A stretch of DNA of 64,000 nucleotides, taken from NCBI RefSeq assembly GCF_018977255.1, contig NW_024704743.1, positions 90,274,001-90,338,000 of the forward strand, in the 5' to 3' direction. Both the position numbers and the translations under genes were made by a program. The notes below the pieces were generated by a model, which was not told the origin of the DNA, ran no database searches, and was given only the letters and a program-made list of their open reading frames with translations. Origin of the DNA: Callorhinchus milii (Eukaryota). Positions 49,386 to 63,114 of this stretch are shown here, in pieces (positions within the stretch are counted from its first letter, which is position 1; every line of letters starts with the position of its first letter).

Positions 49386-52300
49386 GAAGTGGCAAGCTTT
49401 TAACAAGTGTTTGCTAAACACTGTATGTACATCTTCATGTAAGTCACATGTGATATCAGTGACAGAAATTATGGGCAGCTTTCCAGCTATGCTCCTTCCC
49501 CGTGAACCAAGTTGGTGCATTTCCCGAAAGCTGCACAGTAGACCAAATATAGCTTTGCTGTTCTGGTGAAATATAATTGGTTATGACAATTAAAATGTAC
49601 ACGAGTTAGAAGACTTCAAGATTGTATATTGATGGTCATTACTATTACACTACAGCTTTCAGGTGGCCCAAGCCTCAGATATGTTGCTTTCTTTTTCAAT
49701 AAACAGGAATCTTTCCATTAGAATAGCAAGTGATTGTCACACCTCCTTTTTAAAGAGATCATCTCACAATGGGCATTTGGTTTTGTGGGTTTTTCAGTAA
49801 TACCAAAACTGGCAGTGTTCCCCGTGTAAGAAGCTGACTTGGTTGTTCGATTCATGATAAACAAATCAGAATTAACTGGTACTGGTCAACATGCAATTAC
49901 ACAAATAGAGCCAGAAAATTTTGGATCACTCATATAAATTGTTACATTACTAAAGACTTGTGAAACATTCCCACAAACTTGCATCTTATTTCTGCTGTTT
50001 AACACCTCTCAAAAATTGAAAACACTTTCCACTCCAAGCTGGAAGAAGCTTCAATTTTATTGTAAGACCACAGCCTCCACTCTCCTCCTGCTATACTATT
50101 ACTATCATTGGAAACCTGCTGATGATGGCCCAGGGTTTCTAATCCTGTTCGCATCCCTTTGTAGCTCCTTTAGTGGATGGCCCAACCTATTAGGAGATTG
50201 AGAAAGTCAGAGAGAGATCTGAGTTTGGTGTGGGCCTGGATTACGAAGAACCACAGAACTTACTGCAGACTGATTCACAGCACAGTTTGACAGATGTAGT
50301 GTGATGGGTTCTGTCCTTCTTACTGTGTGGAGAGCAAAGGGTTATTTGTGTCTTCTAGAGGTATTTCTTCCTGATGTGCAGAAATCTTTCTTCAATTTTT
50401 TGCAGTCCAGGGATCTTGTGCAGGTAGGATGACCTCCCATCATCCTACCCTGATCTCCTAGCATCCTATCCTATTCTCCTCCTGGGCTTTTAACCTATCT
50501 GTGTCCTCTCACTGCATCTACTGGATCCACATTTCACATTCAGTTACCCAATCAACAGTCACCTTACATCTGATGATAACTCATACAACAATTCCAGTAC
50601 ATCTCTGATCCAAATAAACAGGCAGTAGGGACTATGTTGTTATCAGTGAACAGTATTAGTGCAGCTTTACTTGCATCTAAATCACACAGGAGGTTTCAGG
50701 AGATAGAGGTCACACTGACATCATTCTAAAACACGGTAAACATACAAACACACTTGTGGCTTTTCACTTCCATCTTAGTCATCTGTCAATTTCCACATAG
50801 TAGAAAAATTGGCCCTTTTAATGTGGGAGGGTTTCTTCTTCCACAAATGCAGATTCCTCAAACTCTTTCACCAGCAAGGTTTACCAAAAATACACTCCAA
50901 TGAGTTCATTCACATTAATTTTAAAGCCTAAACCTACACATCGTGAAAACAAATAAATGTGGCTTTATCCTGCAAGGCACAGAATTATACCTTCCAATAC
51001 ATTTTATATTTAGATCACATCTGTCACGTCAGGAGGATGTCTCAAAGTGCTTTACACAGCTGTCCCATGGCACTGAAGCCGGCGGCGGGAGAGGTGGGGT
51101 GAGGAAAGATGACCGAAAGCATCATCAGATAGGTAAATCTTGAGGCTTTGAAAGTGGACAGGAGGGGGGCATTTTTTACCTCAAGAATGTTACAGACAAA
51201 TAATCCAAATAATAAGATAAGTTCAACCCAGGATGATTCACAAAATATGTTGTGCTCTTTTTTCAGGGAATCTTGCCCTTTAATTTTTGCCTCTATTGGA
51301 CTATATGAGCTTACACGTACATGTCCTACTGCAGGAAGCCACTCCAAGGCCTCTGGCAAAGCTACTGTTCAACAACTGCTAGGTAACATGCAGTAAATGT
51401 TTGTTTTCCCTTGTCCTTCAAAGTTAAGACTGAATTCATCAATTTGTCAAATTCTGGATACTCTGAAATGTTACATTAAGTGAATCTTAGACCCAGGTGG
51501 AATTTCTCCCCACATGTGAAGTGAAGAGATCAGATCCAGGTAAAATACTGGATAATAATATCAATAATCATTGCATTTGATATAGCGCCTTATCACGTCT
51601 TTGAGACGTCTCAAAGCGCTTCACGGAATATACTGTAATGTGGAGTCACTGTATATTTTGTGGGCGAAATCAGAGAAAGACACGCACATACACACCTACA
51701 CACACAGATGCAGTTAAAGACATAGAGAGAGACAGACACAAACACAAACCTTATATCCATATTGTTTTTTATATTGACAATCAGGCTAATCGCAGTTTGA
51801 TACTGGGCTCTACCATATTATATGACATTTTTTCTGCATTAGATGTTTTATTTAAGTAAATGATAGGGCACACACTTAGTTTCAACGTTTGCAACTTATA
51901 CATACTCTTTAAAATGACATATACTGGAATATTCTTTCTTGCTGTTTATGTGAGGAGCAGACAGTGCTCTCACCTGCAAACAGAAACTATACTAGGACAT
52001 TGAATGGTAACGTAGCATTGCTCTATGCAAACTAGAATGTTTAATTCATAGTTTGATTTGAGCTAATCGATTCCAGCAAGGGCAAAAATTAGATGCTATA
52101 TTGGTCTCGGCATTTAATGGGACATCCAGGGTTCCTGTTCCCGATTAGGGACCCCCTGCATGAAACTGTGAGTGGATATCTGGTATGCTCAGGACTGGGA
52201 TTAAAGTCACACTCGTGGTCACACTCGTCCACTCCCATAAAGAAATACCACTTGGGCAAGGTACTAGAGGATGGGTAGAGCTAATAAAATCAAAAGTAAG

Positions 52301-52924
52301 AATTATTATTATAATATCTTCCCAACTTCCCCTCTGCCTTGTTGGTGTCTTTGTATGCTCCAAAACATTGCCCTACATCAAGGGCCCTATATAAACACTA
52401 TATTTAACTGTACATCAGCATGTGTCAGTGGGAGTTCATCTGTGAGATGAAACCCGGATTTGTCTCGCACCAATTTACTGAAACTACACTCAGGCGCTAA
52501 ACTTAACTTCTGTCCATTGCGGCCAAAGAAGGTCATTGGCAAGTGATTGGCAAAGGTCGGTGTTCCCCGACAGTCCTTTCCTTGTCCTGAGACGTATCAG
52601 GATACCATGTCGAATTAAACATTTTCAAAACAATTGCTTGATGAATCCCACAAATTGTACCTCAGTGTCTGTAGAAGAATCAGAATTGCAGAAAAATGCG
52701 AAAAACATTGGAAAAAAGTAAATACTCTGTATAATACACACTGAAACATATTCTGCAGATTACTTGCTTTCCTCTACACCAGCAGAACACATTCAATTCA
52801 CAGATTAAAGGCTAAGAGGCTCCATAAGGTTGTGTTGGGAGTCGTATGTAATGTAATATGTTTTTTACAGAGGAGTTATTCAATATGATTTCCCCAATAA
52901 TTAGTCAGCCATTTCCAATATGGC

Positions 52925-53210
52925 TACAATAATAAAAACCTTTGCATTTGATATAGCAGCTTATCACATTGAAATGTCTCAAAGTTCTTCCTAGGCCTTA
53001 TTGTTAAGTATACTGACCGTGTATTTGCAGGCAGACGCGACTTGCGCACAACAGTGTCCCACAAACAATCATAAAGTGAATGCCCAATTTTATTTGGGGC
53101 AATGTTGGCCCAGATACCAAGAGAAACTCTGTTTCCTTTTTTCAAACAGTGCTATGGCATCTTTAACATGAACCTGAACAGGCAGATACTATCTTGGTTT
53201 AACATCTCAT
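52925..53210 (-). mobile_element. DeuSINE 3' two-thirds
   Basis: Tail plus Deu core CCTGAACAGGCAGA..TTGGTTTAACATCTCATC. Confidence 0.8.
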
Positions 53211-53947
53211 CACAGTGATGATACCCTACACAAGGGAAAGACAGAAGTCTCGACAGTGACGAAGCCAGATGGCGAACACAGCGACAAACAGGTTTTGCCA
53301 CGGGCTACGGAGTCTTTTTGTTTCCATTCTCTGTGGCAGTTTTGCTCAACCTTCGGTCTTTCCATGACTTTCTATCTGGCCTATTGCTGTGAAGTCAAGC
53401 CCACCGTTACATTATGAGATTGACAGCAACACTGCAGAAAGCATATAAACGTGTTGGTACTTCAAAGAACTGAACTAAAATGAAAAACAGTCATTAGCCC
53501 TTCCCCATGCACTTGCTATTTTCTACTGCTGATGAGCCTAATGATCAGTATAGTTTATTCTGGATTCATAATTTAGTATCTCATTAATATTCACAAGCTG
53601 CCAGAAGAAATAAAGTGAACTTCAATTTTATAGGTGAGTATATGAGTTTAGTTTTCTTTTTGTCAAAATCTTTATTGTTGAACTGGATGGGTTACTCATG
53701 TTCAAAGTTTTACCATATTTCAGTGACTATTTTTTATAATTTTCAGCTTCACCTCAGCCAAAAGCAATTCCGGTTCTGACGTGGCTTGAAAAGGTAATGT
53801 AGGCAGACGGTTCTTGTTCATTATTCTCTTGCATTGGTTCAGTTTAAAACCCTTTACTCTTTTCCATCAAATCCAATGATGCAAGGGAATCACAGAAAGA
53901 AACAAAAAAACAAATGCAACACATCTCTACACACATATCTTGTGACC

Positions 53948-54090
53948 TAATAATAATAATAATAATCCTTGCATTTGATATAGCGCTTTTCACGTCGGGA
54001 GGACATCCCAAAGTGCTTCACAGAACACACTGTAAAGTGAATTGACTGTATATTTGTGGGCGAACGCGGCAGCCAATTGCGCACAGCAAT
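53948..54090 (-). mobile_element. Young SINE, 5'-truncated
   Basis: Near-identical to 4808-4945. Confidence 0.93.
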
Positions 54091-54944
54091 GGTGTATTAC
54101 TTAAAACATAGATAACCAAAAGAATAGGAAAATTAAATCCTTCCACACCCAATGGCCACTAGATGGAGTCAATGTACAATTTAATTTATATTAGAATAAT
54201 CAATATTACTTTGCATAGATTTGCAAAAAGGTTGCTGCTACGTAAGTTGCAGTTTATGGAAAGGCCAACTCAGCTCACCTGAGGCTGCAACATACCCGAT
54301 TGAGTTGTTGGGCCTGAAGGCACACAATAATGAATTAATTCTCCATTAGCCATCACTACCCACCACCCTGTCAAGTCCTCCTCATTACTCATTAGGCATC
54401 TCAGTTTGGTTTAAAAATAGTAACCCATTTTTAACTGTGCCAGCCTCAAGTCTAAACACAGCTCCACATGTTTAAATGGGATTGTAATTTGTCTCACTTT
54501 CTGTGATGATCAAGCTCACTCCAAACATTTCCTCAGCCCCAATATATCACCAATAATGAGTAAGTTTACTCAGAATTTTGCATCAAGTTGTTTGTCACAA
54601 TCTATTTCTATGAAATCTTTGAAAATATTTACCATCTTTCTACAAATGTTCTCTTTGATCAAATTCATTTGTTGTGAAAAAAACAAAACCCATGACTGCT
54701 TGTGGGACACTGCTAAGTGTAAATGTGTAAATCCACATTTTGCCCACAAAATGTGCAATTTATATACTTTACAACATATTCTGTGAAGAGCTTTGAGACA
54801 TTTCAACGGCATAATAAGCGCTATATCAAATGCAAGGATTATTATTATGATTATTGTACATTTCAGTTTTAATTCTGTTGGTTATTTGGGCCTATTCTAT
54901 TTCATCTGCTTAAGTGTGCAAGAGGAGAAAGGTGTAGCAAGTAG

Positions 54945-56000
54945 AAGGGATAACTATAGAAAGGAAGTGGTGCTAAAGAAATTGATGGAACTCAAAGAGG
55001 ACAAGTCACTAGAGACCATTAGCATTCATCCGAGAACACTGAGGGAAAGTCAGGGAGGAAATAATAGATGTGCGGACTACAATTTTTCAAACATCCCTGG
55101 ATATGAAAGATGTGCCAGGAGACTGGATGGTAGCTAATGTAATGCTGATGTTCAAAAAAGTAGAACAGGATCAGCTGAGTAATTATAGCCCAATTAGTCA
55201 AACATCTATAGTGGACAAACATTTATAGGCTATAATACATGATAATATATATAACCACTTGGAAAGACATGGGTTAATTAAAGACAGTCATCATGGATTT
55301 GTTAAAGGCACGTTTTGCTTGACAAATCTAATCGAGTTCTTTGATGAAATAACCAAGAGAATGCTATGAATGTGGTACATATGGATTTTTAGAAGGCTTT
55401 TGATAAGGTGCCACGCTGAAGGTTTGCTAAAAAATTAAGGTGCATGGTATTAATGGAAAGGTAGCAACATGGATAGAAACATGGTTAAAGGATAGGAAAC
55501 AGAAGATGGGAATACAAAGTTATTATTCACAATAATAATAATAACCTTGCATTTGATATAGCGCTTTTCACGTCGGGAGGACGTCCCAAAGCGCTTCACA
55601 GAACACACTGTAAAGTGAATTGACTGTATATGTTAGGACCACTACTTTTCTCCAGTTATTTAAATAATCTGGATTCCAATATATGAAGCACAATTTCTAA
55701 ATTTGTAGACGACACAAAATTAGGAAGTGTAGCTAACACTGAAGAAGGTGTAAGCAACATTGGGGGTCATAGACAAATTAGTTTACTCAGCAGACAAATG
55801 GCAAATGAAATTTGATGCGAACAAATGTGAACTTATACATTTTATGGGGAAGAATAAGGAGAGCAAGTTATGTTAAATGGTAAAATATTAAAAAGGAGCG
55901 GAAGAACAGAGTTACCTACAGGTTAATTTGCCTAAATCCGTAAAGGTGGGAAGGCAGGTGGATAAAGCTGTCAAGAAAACAAATGGAATCCTAGGGATTA
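54945..56000 (+). mobile_element. CR1 ORF2 reverse-transcriptase fragment, multiply disrupted
   Basis: KEVVLKKLMELKEDKS..IHPRTLRE, DWMVANV..FKK, NYSPIS, HHGFVKG, MDF*KAFDKVP, LGPLLF and KFVDDTKLG motifs. Confidence 0.92.
55531..55632 (-). mobile_element. Young SINE tail inserted in CR1
   Basis: Matches the SINE tail at 4810-4905. Confidence 0.92.
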
Positions 56001-56192
56001 TAAAGCGAGGTCTCCATGGAGCTGAACTGGCTCTAAGTTGACATACCTAGCGATGGAATGTCAGAATTGAGCCAGCCCTCTGTGGCAGTCTCGGTAGTCC
56101 GGTTCCTGAGCTCGAGTCAAATCCCTGACTGTCCAGCACCTTGGGACATCCTCAGAACGTGAAAGGCTCTATATAAATATAATTTTGTATTG
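56001..56192 (+). mobile_element. Unassigned SINE-like family, copy 3 (body plus L2-like tail)
   Basis: Shared body, then CAAATCCCTGACTGTCCAGCACCTTGGGACATCCTC...CTATATAAAT. Confidence 0.7.
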
Positions 56193-56439
56193 ATGCTGCA
56201 TCTTACATTATCTAACTACCCTGAAGTCAGTGCTGCCTCACTTTATGGCAATGACCAAACATTCCCATGGCTCACGAGCAATCACACATATTCAAAGGGA
56301 ACAGAACAATTTTCCAGAATAGACGACTTTTGCATCGTTCCATTGTGAATCTGTTTTTGAGTAACTCGGACCTTAGTTACATTACGTCATCTGATGACTG
56401 TTCCCGGATTACTTCCAACCGGCATTGGCAACCCTAAGC

Positions 56440-57182
56440 AGGTGAGGCAAGGAACATGAAGCTGGCCAGTGGTCACTGAGCGGAGGGAGTGGTAGAGGTT
56501 GGTAGGGTTTGAGGAGGTCGCAGTCATAGGGTGGGTTAAGACCATTGGAGGGATTTAAAGGTTAGGACAAGTACCTTGAACTCAATCGCTGTGGGATGGG
56601 GAGCCAGTGTAAACAGGCAATATGCTCAAGGACCTAGTGTGGGAAAGGACATGAGCTGCAGAGTTCTGGACAGTCTACACCTTGTGAAGTGAAGAGGCAG
56701 GTAGTCCAGAGAGTAGAGATAGCATCAAGTCTGGAGCTGATAAACTCATGGATTAGGATCTCAACGGCCCCAGAGGAGAGGCAGTGGTAGAGGCAGTGGC
56801 AGTGACAGGCAATGTTAAGGAAATGGAGGGGAAGCTGAGTGGGTCAGAGCATGAACATAAGGTTTAAAGAACAGTTGAGAATCGAACAAGACACCAAGAT
56901 TCTCCCCTAGTGCTGTGAAGTGGAGTGTGCATCCAAGTAGCTGGATGCTGTCAGTCCCTGCGATTAGAAGGCGCTGAAGGGAGCCAAACAGGACAACCTC
57001 TGTCTTGTTGACGTTTAACTGAGGAAAGTTTACTCTCATCCAAGATTTGATGTCCAACAGGCAATCAGTCAGGACAGCAGCGGTCCTGGTATGGAGGGTG
57101 GAGGCAGAGAGATAGAATTTGGTGTCATTAGCACACATGTGGAAATTAACTCCATGGCTGCAGATGAAATCGATGAGTGGAC
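56440..57182 (-). mobile_element. L2 ORF2 fragment
   Basis: Minus ORF DCLLDIKSWMRVNFPQLNVNKTEVVLFGS...NLGVLFDSQL. Confidence 0.9.
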
Positions 57183-57358
57183 ACTGATAATGCGCTACAC
57201 CAAATGCAAGGATTAATTAATAATTGAATATATAAATATTGACATACGCGTAGCTTGATCACTAGATACAACAAGTGTCAATCTCTTGAGTGTGGTTGGA
57301 TTGTTTAAATGTAAATCCTTGCGGGTACAAATTCTATCAATTCTCTGGAACCACTTAC

Positions 57359-57441
57359 AGTACCTAATTTTGGGTGCACAATAAAAACTGGGGTAAATGT
57401 ACAAGTTAAACTCCACTTGGGTTTTGCACCAGAAAAAAGTA
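57359..57441. repeat. Degenerate small foldback
   Basis: GTACCTAATTTTGGGTGCAC..TGGGGT pairs with ACTCCA..TTGCACCAGAAAAAAGTAC. Confidence 0.5.
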
Positions 57442-57461
57442 CATAAACAGAATAAAACAAC

Positions 57462-57815
57462 AAGAACAATGTTACATTTATATAGATCCTTTCACGTCAG
57501 GAGGCTATCTCAAAGTGCTTCACCTATTAGCTGTCCGAGCTGGGGGGGTGGGGGCAAAGGTTAACAAAACCACAGACAAAACGCCAAGAAGGTCTTATCC
57601 CAGGCCTTAAAAGGTGGGGAGGGAGGGGGCTATGACAGAAGTGCTTTGAGAGGGACTTCCAAGGGATTGAATAGCTGAAAGCTCCCCCACTAATAGTGAG
57701 GCGGATCAGTGAAGGATGTGATGCAGCCAGTGTTCACTGAGCAGAGGGTGCAGCTAGGGTAGTAGAGTTGCAAGAGGTCGACAAGGCACGATGAGATGAA
57801 GCCATGGAGGGCTCC
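57462..57815 (-). mobile_element. Old L2 3' end
   Basis: Tail CATTTATATAG..TTTCACGTCAGG, then a G-rich L2 3' region. Confidence 0.7.
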
Positions 57816-59481
57816 CTAATTGACATCTTAACAGGCTTATGCAGGGGAATTGCACGGGCAGATTTCTTAAATTACATGGGGAAAGAGTGTATTTTTACAT
57901 TATTTTAAACATACACAGGTTTTAATAGTCCTACTTTTGGTTACCAATTACTTTTGTACCATACAAAGATTCCATCTGCGACAGCTGTACATCTACATAA
58001 CACTAGGTAGGTCTTCACAACCATAACCTCGAGACACGCCCAAATCAGTTCGTACAAATCGTGTCAAAAAATAAAAAATAATGTTCAAGAGGATTGGAAC
58101 TCATCTGCTTCCTGAGCCACCGACCTCTGCAGACTTTGGCACCAGTGCTGAATATACGAGAAAAGAGGCCTCCTCGAACTATGGCCAGGAAAGTGTTGGC
58201 AGTTAGGAGACATTTCTGACAACAATATTGTCACAACAACTTTTTCTGCCCCCTTTTAAATGAAGTAGAAAAAGATTCTATGTAGGATTAATAATACTTG
58301 CATTTGATATATTGCCTTATCACATCATTGAGACATCTCAAAGCGCTTCACAAAATATACTGTAAAGTGGATTGACTGTGTATTTTGGGGGCCGAAATTC
58401 TCCAGAGGAGGTTGTGGCTCAGGAGAGAACTAACCAGCTGAATGAGAGCAAATCTGAAAGCGGATCTCGACACTGATCCGAGCAATTTGTTTCCCTTCGA
58501 TCTATCAATGTCACTTTTCAAGGAAAATCTTCCTCGGGTCCCCAACTCGTCACCTGAAAGTATTCTTTTTCTGTAAAAGTATATTTGGAATGAGGTGATC
58601 AACCTTACTCAGGAGCTTGATGACATGTGAAGGCAAAAGCAAATATTTTCTTCAACTACTAAAACATCATCATATTGTGCCTTTCACGTCAGAAGGAATC
58701 TCAAAGTGCTTCACAGGATTTACAGCACAGTGAGGTGCCTGTGTGTTTTATAGGCAGACACAACAGCAATTTGTGTACAGCAATATCCCACAAAGCAGCA
58801 ATGAAGTGAATGACCAATTTTATTTGAGGGATTTGGACTTACATCTCAATGTCTTCTACCTCTCATTCTCTTATTTTAGTCAAGAGATGCACAGGAATTG
58901 GTATTATAATGGACATAAGCAGAAACGTTTACACAACTTGACAGTTATAAGGTGGTGTGTTGAAAGTTAGCTATGTGTCTAATCATTTGAGTCCTTTACA
59001 CTGTAATTCTCTCACTTGTAGTTATAATGAATTGTTTAATTGTTAAATCATAGCCTACATTTTGAGCAATGTAACATTTCTAGTTGGTAGTGATTACATT
59101 GCATGTTTCACTGAGGCGTTCAACATGAACCATGAGAAAGTGTCTTTTTCGCTTATTAAGTGGTTTATTTAGCTTTTGTCAGTGTTTTGTTCGTTCTGAT
59201 GTGTCAATGAGTTTAACTTGTCATAATGGCAAATTTTTGTATTTGGTAGGAGTTAATTGCATATAGGTACATAGCTTATACAAAAGGCTTTATGATAAGT
59301 TGTTTCATTGAGATATGATCCCAGAATAAATGTTTGTTCACTTTTTCCTCAACTTATGTTTTCGTCATTGAGACATTTTGGGGGAAGAGAAGGAGATATT
59401 TCTTTATTCTTGAGTACATGTATATAATGACGTTCAGTACACAGGTTGGCCCGTGACCTGAGTAAAGGGAGAAAAAGGCCA

Positions 59482-59535
59482 ATGTCTTTCTTGGTTTCCT
59501 AGAAAGAGATGTCTTTCTTGGTTTCCTACAAGAGA
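59482..59535 (+). repeat. 27-bp tandem duplication
   Basis: ATGTCTTTCTTGGTTTCCTA(G/C)AAAGAG twice. Confidence 0.95.
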
Positions 59536-59679
59536 GAAATCTTGTTTACTCTTATAGGAGAAAACTAGAGCAGTCACTCCTGCTACTGGCTGAAATAACT
59601 AACAAGCAAACAACAATAACTTGCATTTGTAAGCGCCCTTCACCTTTTTCACCCGAGGTAACATCTCGGAACACTTAAC

Positions 59680-59935
59680 GTGTCAGCCTGGCTCAGTTGG
59701 TAGCACTCTCACCTCTGAGCCAGAAGGTTGTGGGTTCAAGCCACACAATGGGACTTTGAGCTCGTAGTCTAGGTTGACGCTCCACTAGGGCAGTGCTGGT
59801 GAAGCACAGAATTGCCAGAGGTGTTGTTTTGGATGATTTGAAAAATCAATGTCCTGTCTGCTTAACAAGGTGAACGTTAAAGTCCCAAAGCACTCTTTTC
59901 AAATTGAGAAGGGAATTTCTCCCTGGGCTCTCCCT
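59680..59935 (+). mobile_element. DeuSINE 5' half
   Basis: GTGTCAGCCTGGCTCAGTTGGTAGCACTCTCACCTCTGAGCCAGAAGGTTGTGGGTTCAAGCC. Confidence 0.88.
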
Positions 59936-59939
59936 CAGA

Positions 59940-60632
59940 TTCAAAGAACCAGTGCGCAATCTAGGCTTCCAGTTTACCCCCAGCTGTCCTTCCGCCCCCA
60001 TATCCGGTCCCTGACCAGGACTGCCTTATCCACCTCCACCACATTGCCTGTCTCCGACCGTACCTTACCCCAAATGCAGCTGAAACCCTCGTGCGTGAGT
60101 TTGTCACCTAACGCCTTGAATACTGAAACGCACTCCTCGCCGGTGGATCCAGCTCATTCAGAACTCTGCTGCCCATATACTGACCCGGACCAAACTCCGT
60201 ACCCACATCTCACCAGTTCTGTCCAGGCTCCACTGGCTCCCCATCACTGAATGGATCCACTTCAAGATCCTCACACTCGTGTTCAAATCCCTTCACTCTC
60301 TGGCACCTCCCTATCTCTCCGACCTCCTGACTCCCCAATCCACCATCCAGCGCCTCCGTTCAACTGGCACCTGCCTCCTGCTCAGCCCTCGCACCCTCCG
60401 CCCCACCATTGGAGGTCGCGCTTTCAGCCACTACACCCCGAATCTCTGGAACACTCTCCCTCAATCCCTCCACCTTGCCCCCCTTCTCCCCTTTTTCAAG
60501 TCCTGCCTGAAAACCTCCTCTTTGACTGTGCTTGCGGCCACCCCCATCCCTGGCTCGGAGTGTTCCACCACTGTTAAGTGCTCCGAGATACTACCCTGCG
60601 TGGAGAGCACTATATAGCTGCAAGTTGTTGTT
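59940..60632 (+). mobile_element. L2 3' fragment
   Basis: [16 protein letters not shown]...[18 protein letters not shown]; (GTT)n tail. Confidence 0.93.
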
Positions 60633-60679
60633 CTCCTAGTATCCTAGCCAAGAATCCTCCAGATAAAACTGGTCATCCT

Positions 60680-61140
60680 CCTGCATCCTCACCTGCACTA
60701 AATCCACACACTCATCGCTCCAGTCCATGCCAGGCTTCAATGTCACCTTGTCTCTCATTGGATCGATTTCAAGGTCCTCATCCTCACCGACAAATCCTTC
60801 ATGGCCTAGCACCTCCTTATCTTTTGTCTCCTACCCATTCTTATGAAAGGCAAAGTTGGGCCAAACTCCACAAACCCCACCCTCTCAAGGGGTCAGGGAT
60901 GCGGAAAAGGCCCAACTTCTCTGGTAGTTAAGCCTTCAGTAATTATGCTCCTACCCTTTGGAAATCCCATCTTCTACCCCTCCATCTTGCCCTTCTCTAT
61001 CTGTTTTTAAACCCCACCCAAAATCTACCTCTTTGTCCATGACTATAGTCACCTCCCCCTTCCCCCTACTTTGGTGTCCACTACCTGTCCCATGAAAAAC
61101 TCAAGACAATTATCTATACAAATCTATACAAATGCAAGTT
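60680..61140 (+). mobile_element. Older L2 3' fragment
   Basis: GGATCGATTTCAAGGTCCTC...ATGGCCTAGCACCTCC...GCCTTCAG. Confidence 0.75.
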
Positions 61141-61529
61141 GTCATTCACTTCATGGCTGATGTGGGACATTGCAGTATTCAAATTGACTGCTGAATTTGC
61201 ACACATGCTTTACAGCAAAATCTTGTGAAATGGTTTGAGATGTGTGGACGACTATATCAAACGCAAGGATTATTATAAACATTTTTACTGTGTTTCTCTT
61301 ACTTTTCATTCATGATATGCTTGTCTGTATATATCAAGTTAAAAAAAAAACACCATTCATCTGCAATTGCTGTGTGGTTACAAAGACTATGAAAGGTATT
61401 TTGCCTTCCAAACCAGATAAATTCTCAAGTGATCAAATTTACAGGGGACTTGACACAGGCTTGAGAGCCTTGTTAATCCTGTACATTGAGCATGCAACAA
61501 CTTGCTGAAATTTAGTGTAGATCCGTGTG

Positions 61530-61855
61530 AGAGTCCTGTAGCTCAGTGGTTAGAGCACTCGCTTTGCAAGCGAGACACCTGGGTTCAATTCCAGGCAGGG
61601 CGAAAGCTTGGGCAAGTTTCCTTACTCCACACAGAGCCTAATAATAATCCCTTCAAAACAAAATAATAATAAATTGGTCATTTTCAATCTACGACTGTTT
61701 GTGGGACATTGCTGTGCGCAATTGGCTGCCGCGTTCGCCCACAAATATACAGTCAATTCACTTTACAGTGTGTTCTGTGAAGCGCTTTGGGACGTCCTCC
61801 CGACGTGAAAAGCGCTATACCAAATGCAAGGATTATTATTATTATTATTATTATA
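61530..61855 (+). mobile_element. Young tRNA-derived SINE, short subtype, full length
   Basis: Near-identical to 535-859; perfect anticodon arm CTCGC-TTTGCAA-GCGAG. Confidence 0.96.
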
Positions 61856-62737
61856 ATCATAACACTGGTTTAGCAATATTCCCTCCTTTAAAGTTACAGC
61901 ACTGAAGTAGGACATTTTCTTTTTCTCAAAACTTCAAAGTTTTAACTTTTTTTTATCCTTGCATTTGATATAGCGCTTTTGATATAACAAGGATTAGTAT
62001 TATAAAGCGAGTGCTCTAACCACTGAGTTACAGGACTCCACGATATTATCCAATTCCCTTTTTAAAAGCTATTGTGGATTCCACATCAGCTACTGCTTTT
62101 GATGGGGAAATCTATGTTTCTAGAAACCCGCTGTGTAGGAGAAATTCTCACCTCTCACTTTGTCTTTGACAATGATTTTAAATGTCTGCCCTCCAGTACA
62201 ATGGGCCAGTGAAAATTGTTTCTCCCAAATTAGCATATCAACCACTCTCTCCTCCCCCAACCCTCCATGTAAATGCATGCCTTGATGTTTTGCAAAAAAA
62301 ACTTGGAATTATTCATATAAAAAATTAAATAATTCAATCTCCTATCTTTTCACCTTCTCTCTTCTGTGCTTGAGTGTAAGTCCCATTGTTCTAGAGTTTT
62401 TCTGACTATGTTAAACATATTATAAAGCTTCAGTTTACCTATTGTGATCTTGAATACTACAATAGGATCTCCCCTGTGCCTTCATGTGTTAGTATTAGCA
62501 ATCCCAGCTCCACGGCCTCTCCTTGTAACTCAGGTGCCTAATTTGATTTACCAATCTAGTTGACCTTAGCTGTCCTTACTGTAATATATCATCAAAATTG
62601 TTGGTATTACTCCACATGTGGTTGGAATAGTATTCTATACAAGTTCAAAATCTGTATCATTTAGTCATTCGTCATACCTCCTTGCTCTAACACTGAGGAA
62701 ATCACTCCCGTATTTCTTTCATGTTAGAGCACTGAAG

Positions 62738-63114
62738 TCGTGGAATCCTGTAGCTTAGTGGTTAGAGAACTCGTCGGGCAAGCGAGAGGACCTGGGTTTG
62801 ATTCCTGTGCAGGGTGAAATTTGGACAAGTTTCCTTACTCCACACCCCTCTGTTTACCTAGCAGTAAGTAGGAACCCAGTTGTTAGTCAATTGGCTTTTC
62901 CAGAGGTAATAATCGCTTCAAAAAAATAATAATAATTTGGTGACTCGGTCCATAACTGTTTGTGGGACACTACTGTGCACAATTGGCTGCCGCGTTTCGC
63001 ACACAAAATATATAGCCAATTCACTTCACAGTATATTCTGTGAAGCGCTTTGAGTCGTCCCGAAGACGGGATAAGGTGCTATATCAAATGCAAGGATTAT
63101 TATTGTTGTTGTTG
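62738..63114 (+). mobile_element. tRNA-derived SINE, long subtype, full length
   Basis: All modules present. Confidence 0.94.

Noticed and set aside
58348..58602. 84-aa minus-strand ORF
   Set aside because: No recognisable homology; it ends inside a SINE tail.
61533..61604. tRNA-Ala(TGC)-like cloverleaf (also at about 538 and 18170)
   Set aside because: It is a SINE head: acceptor and T stems are imperfect and it continues directly into the SINE body.
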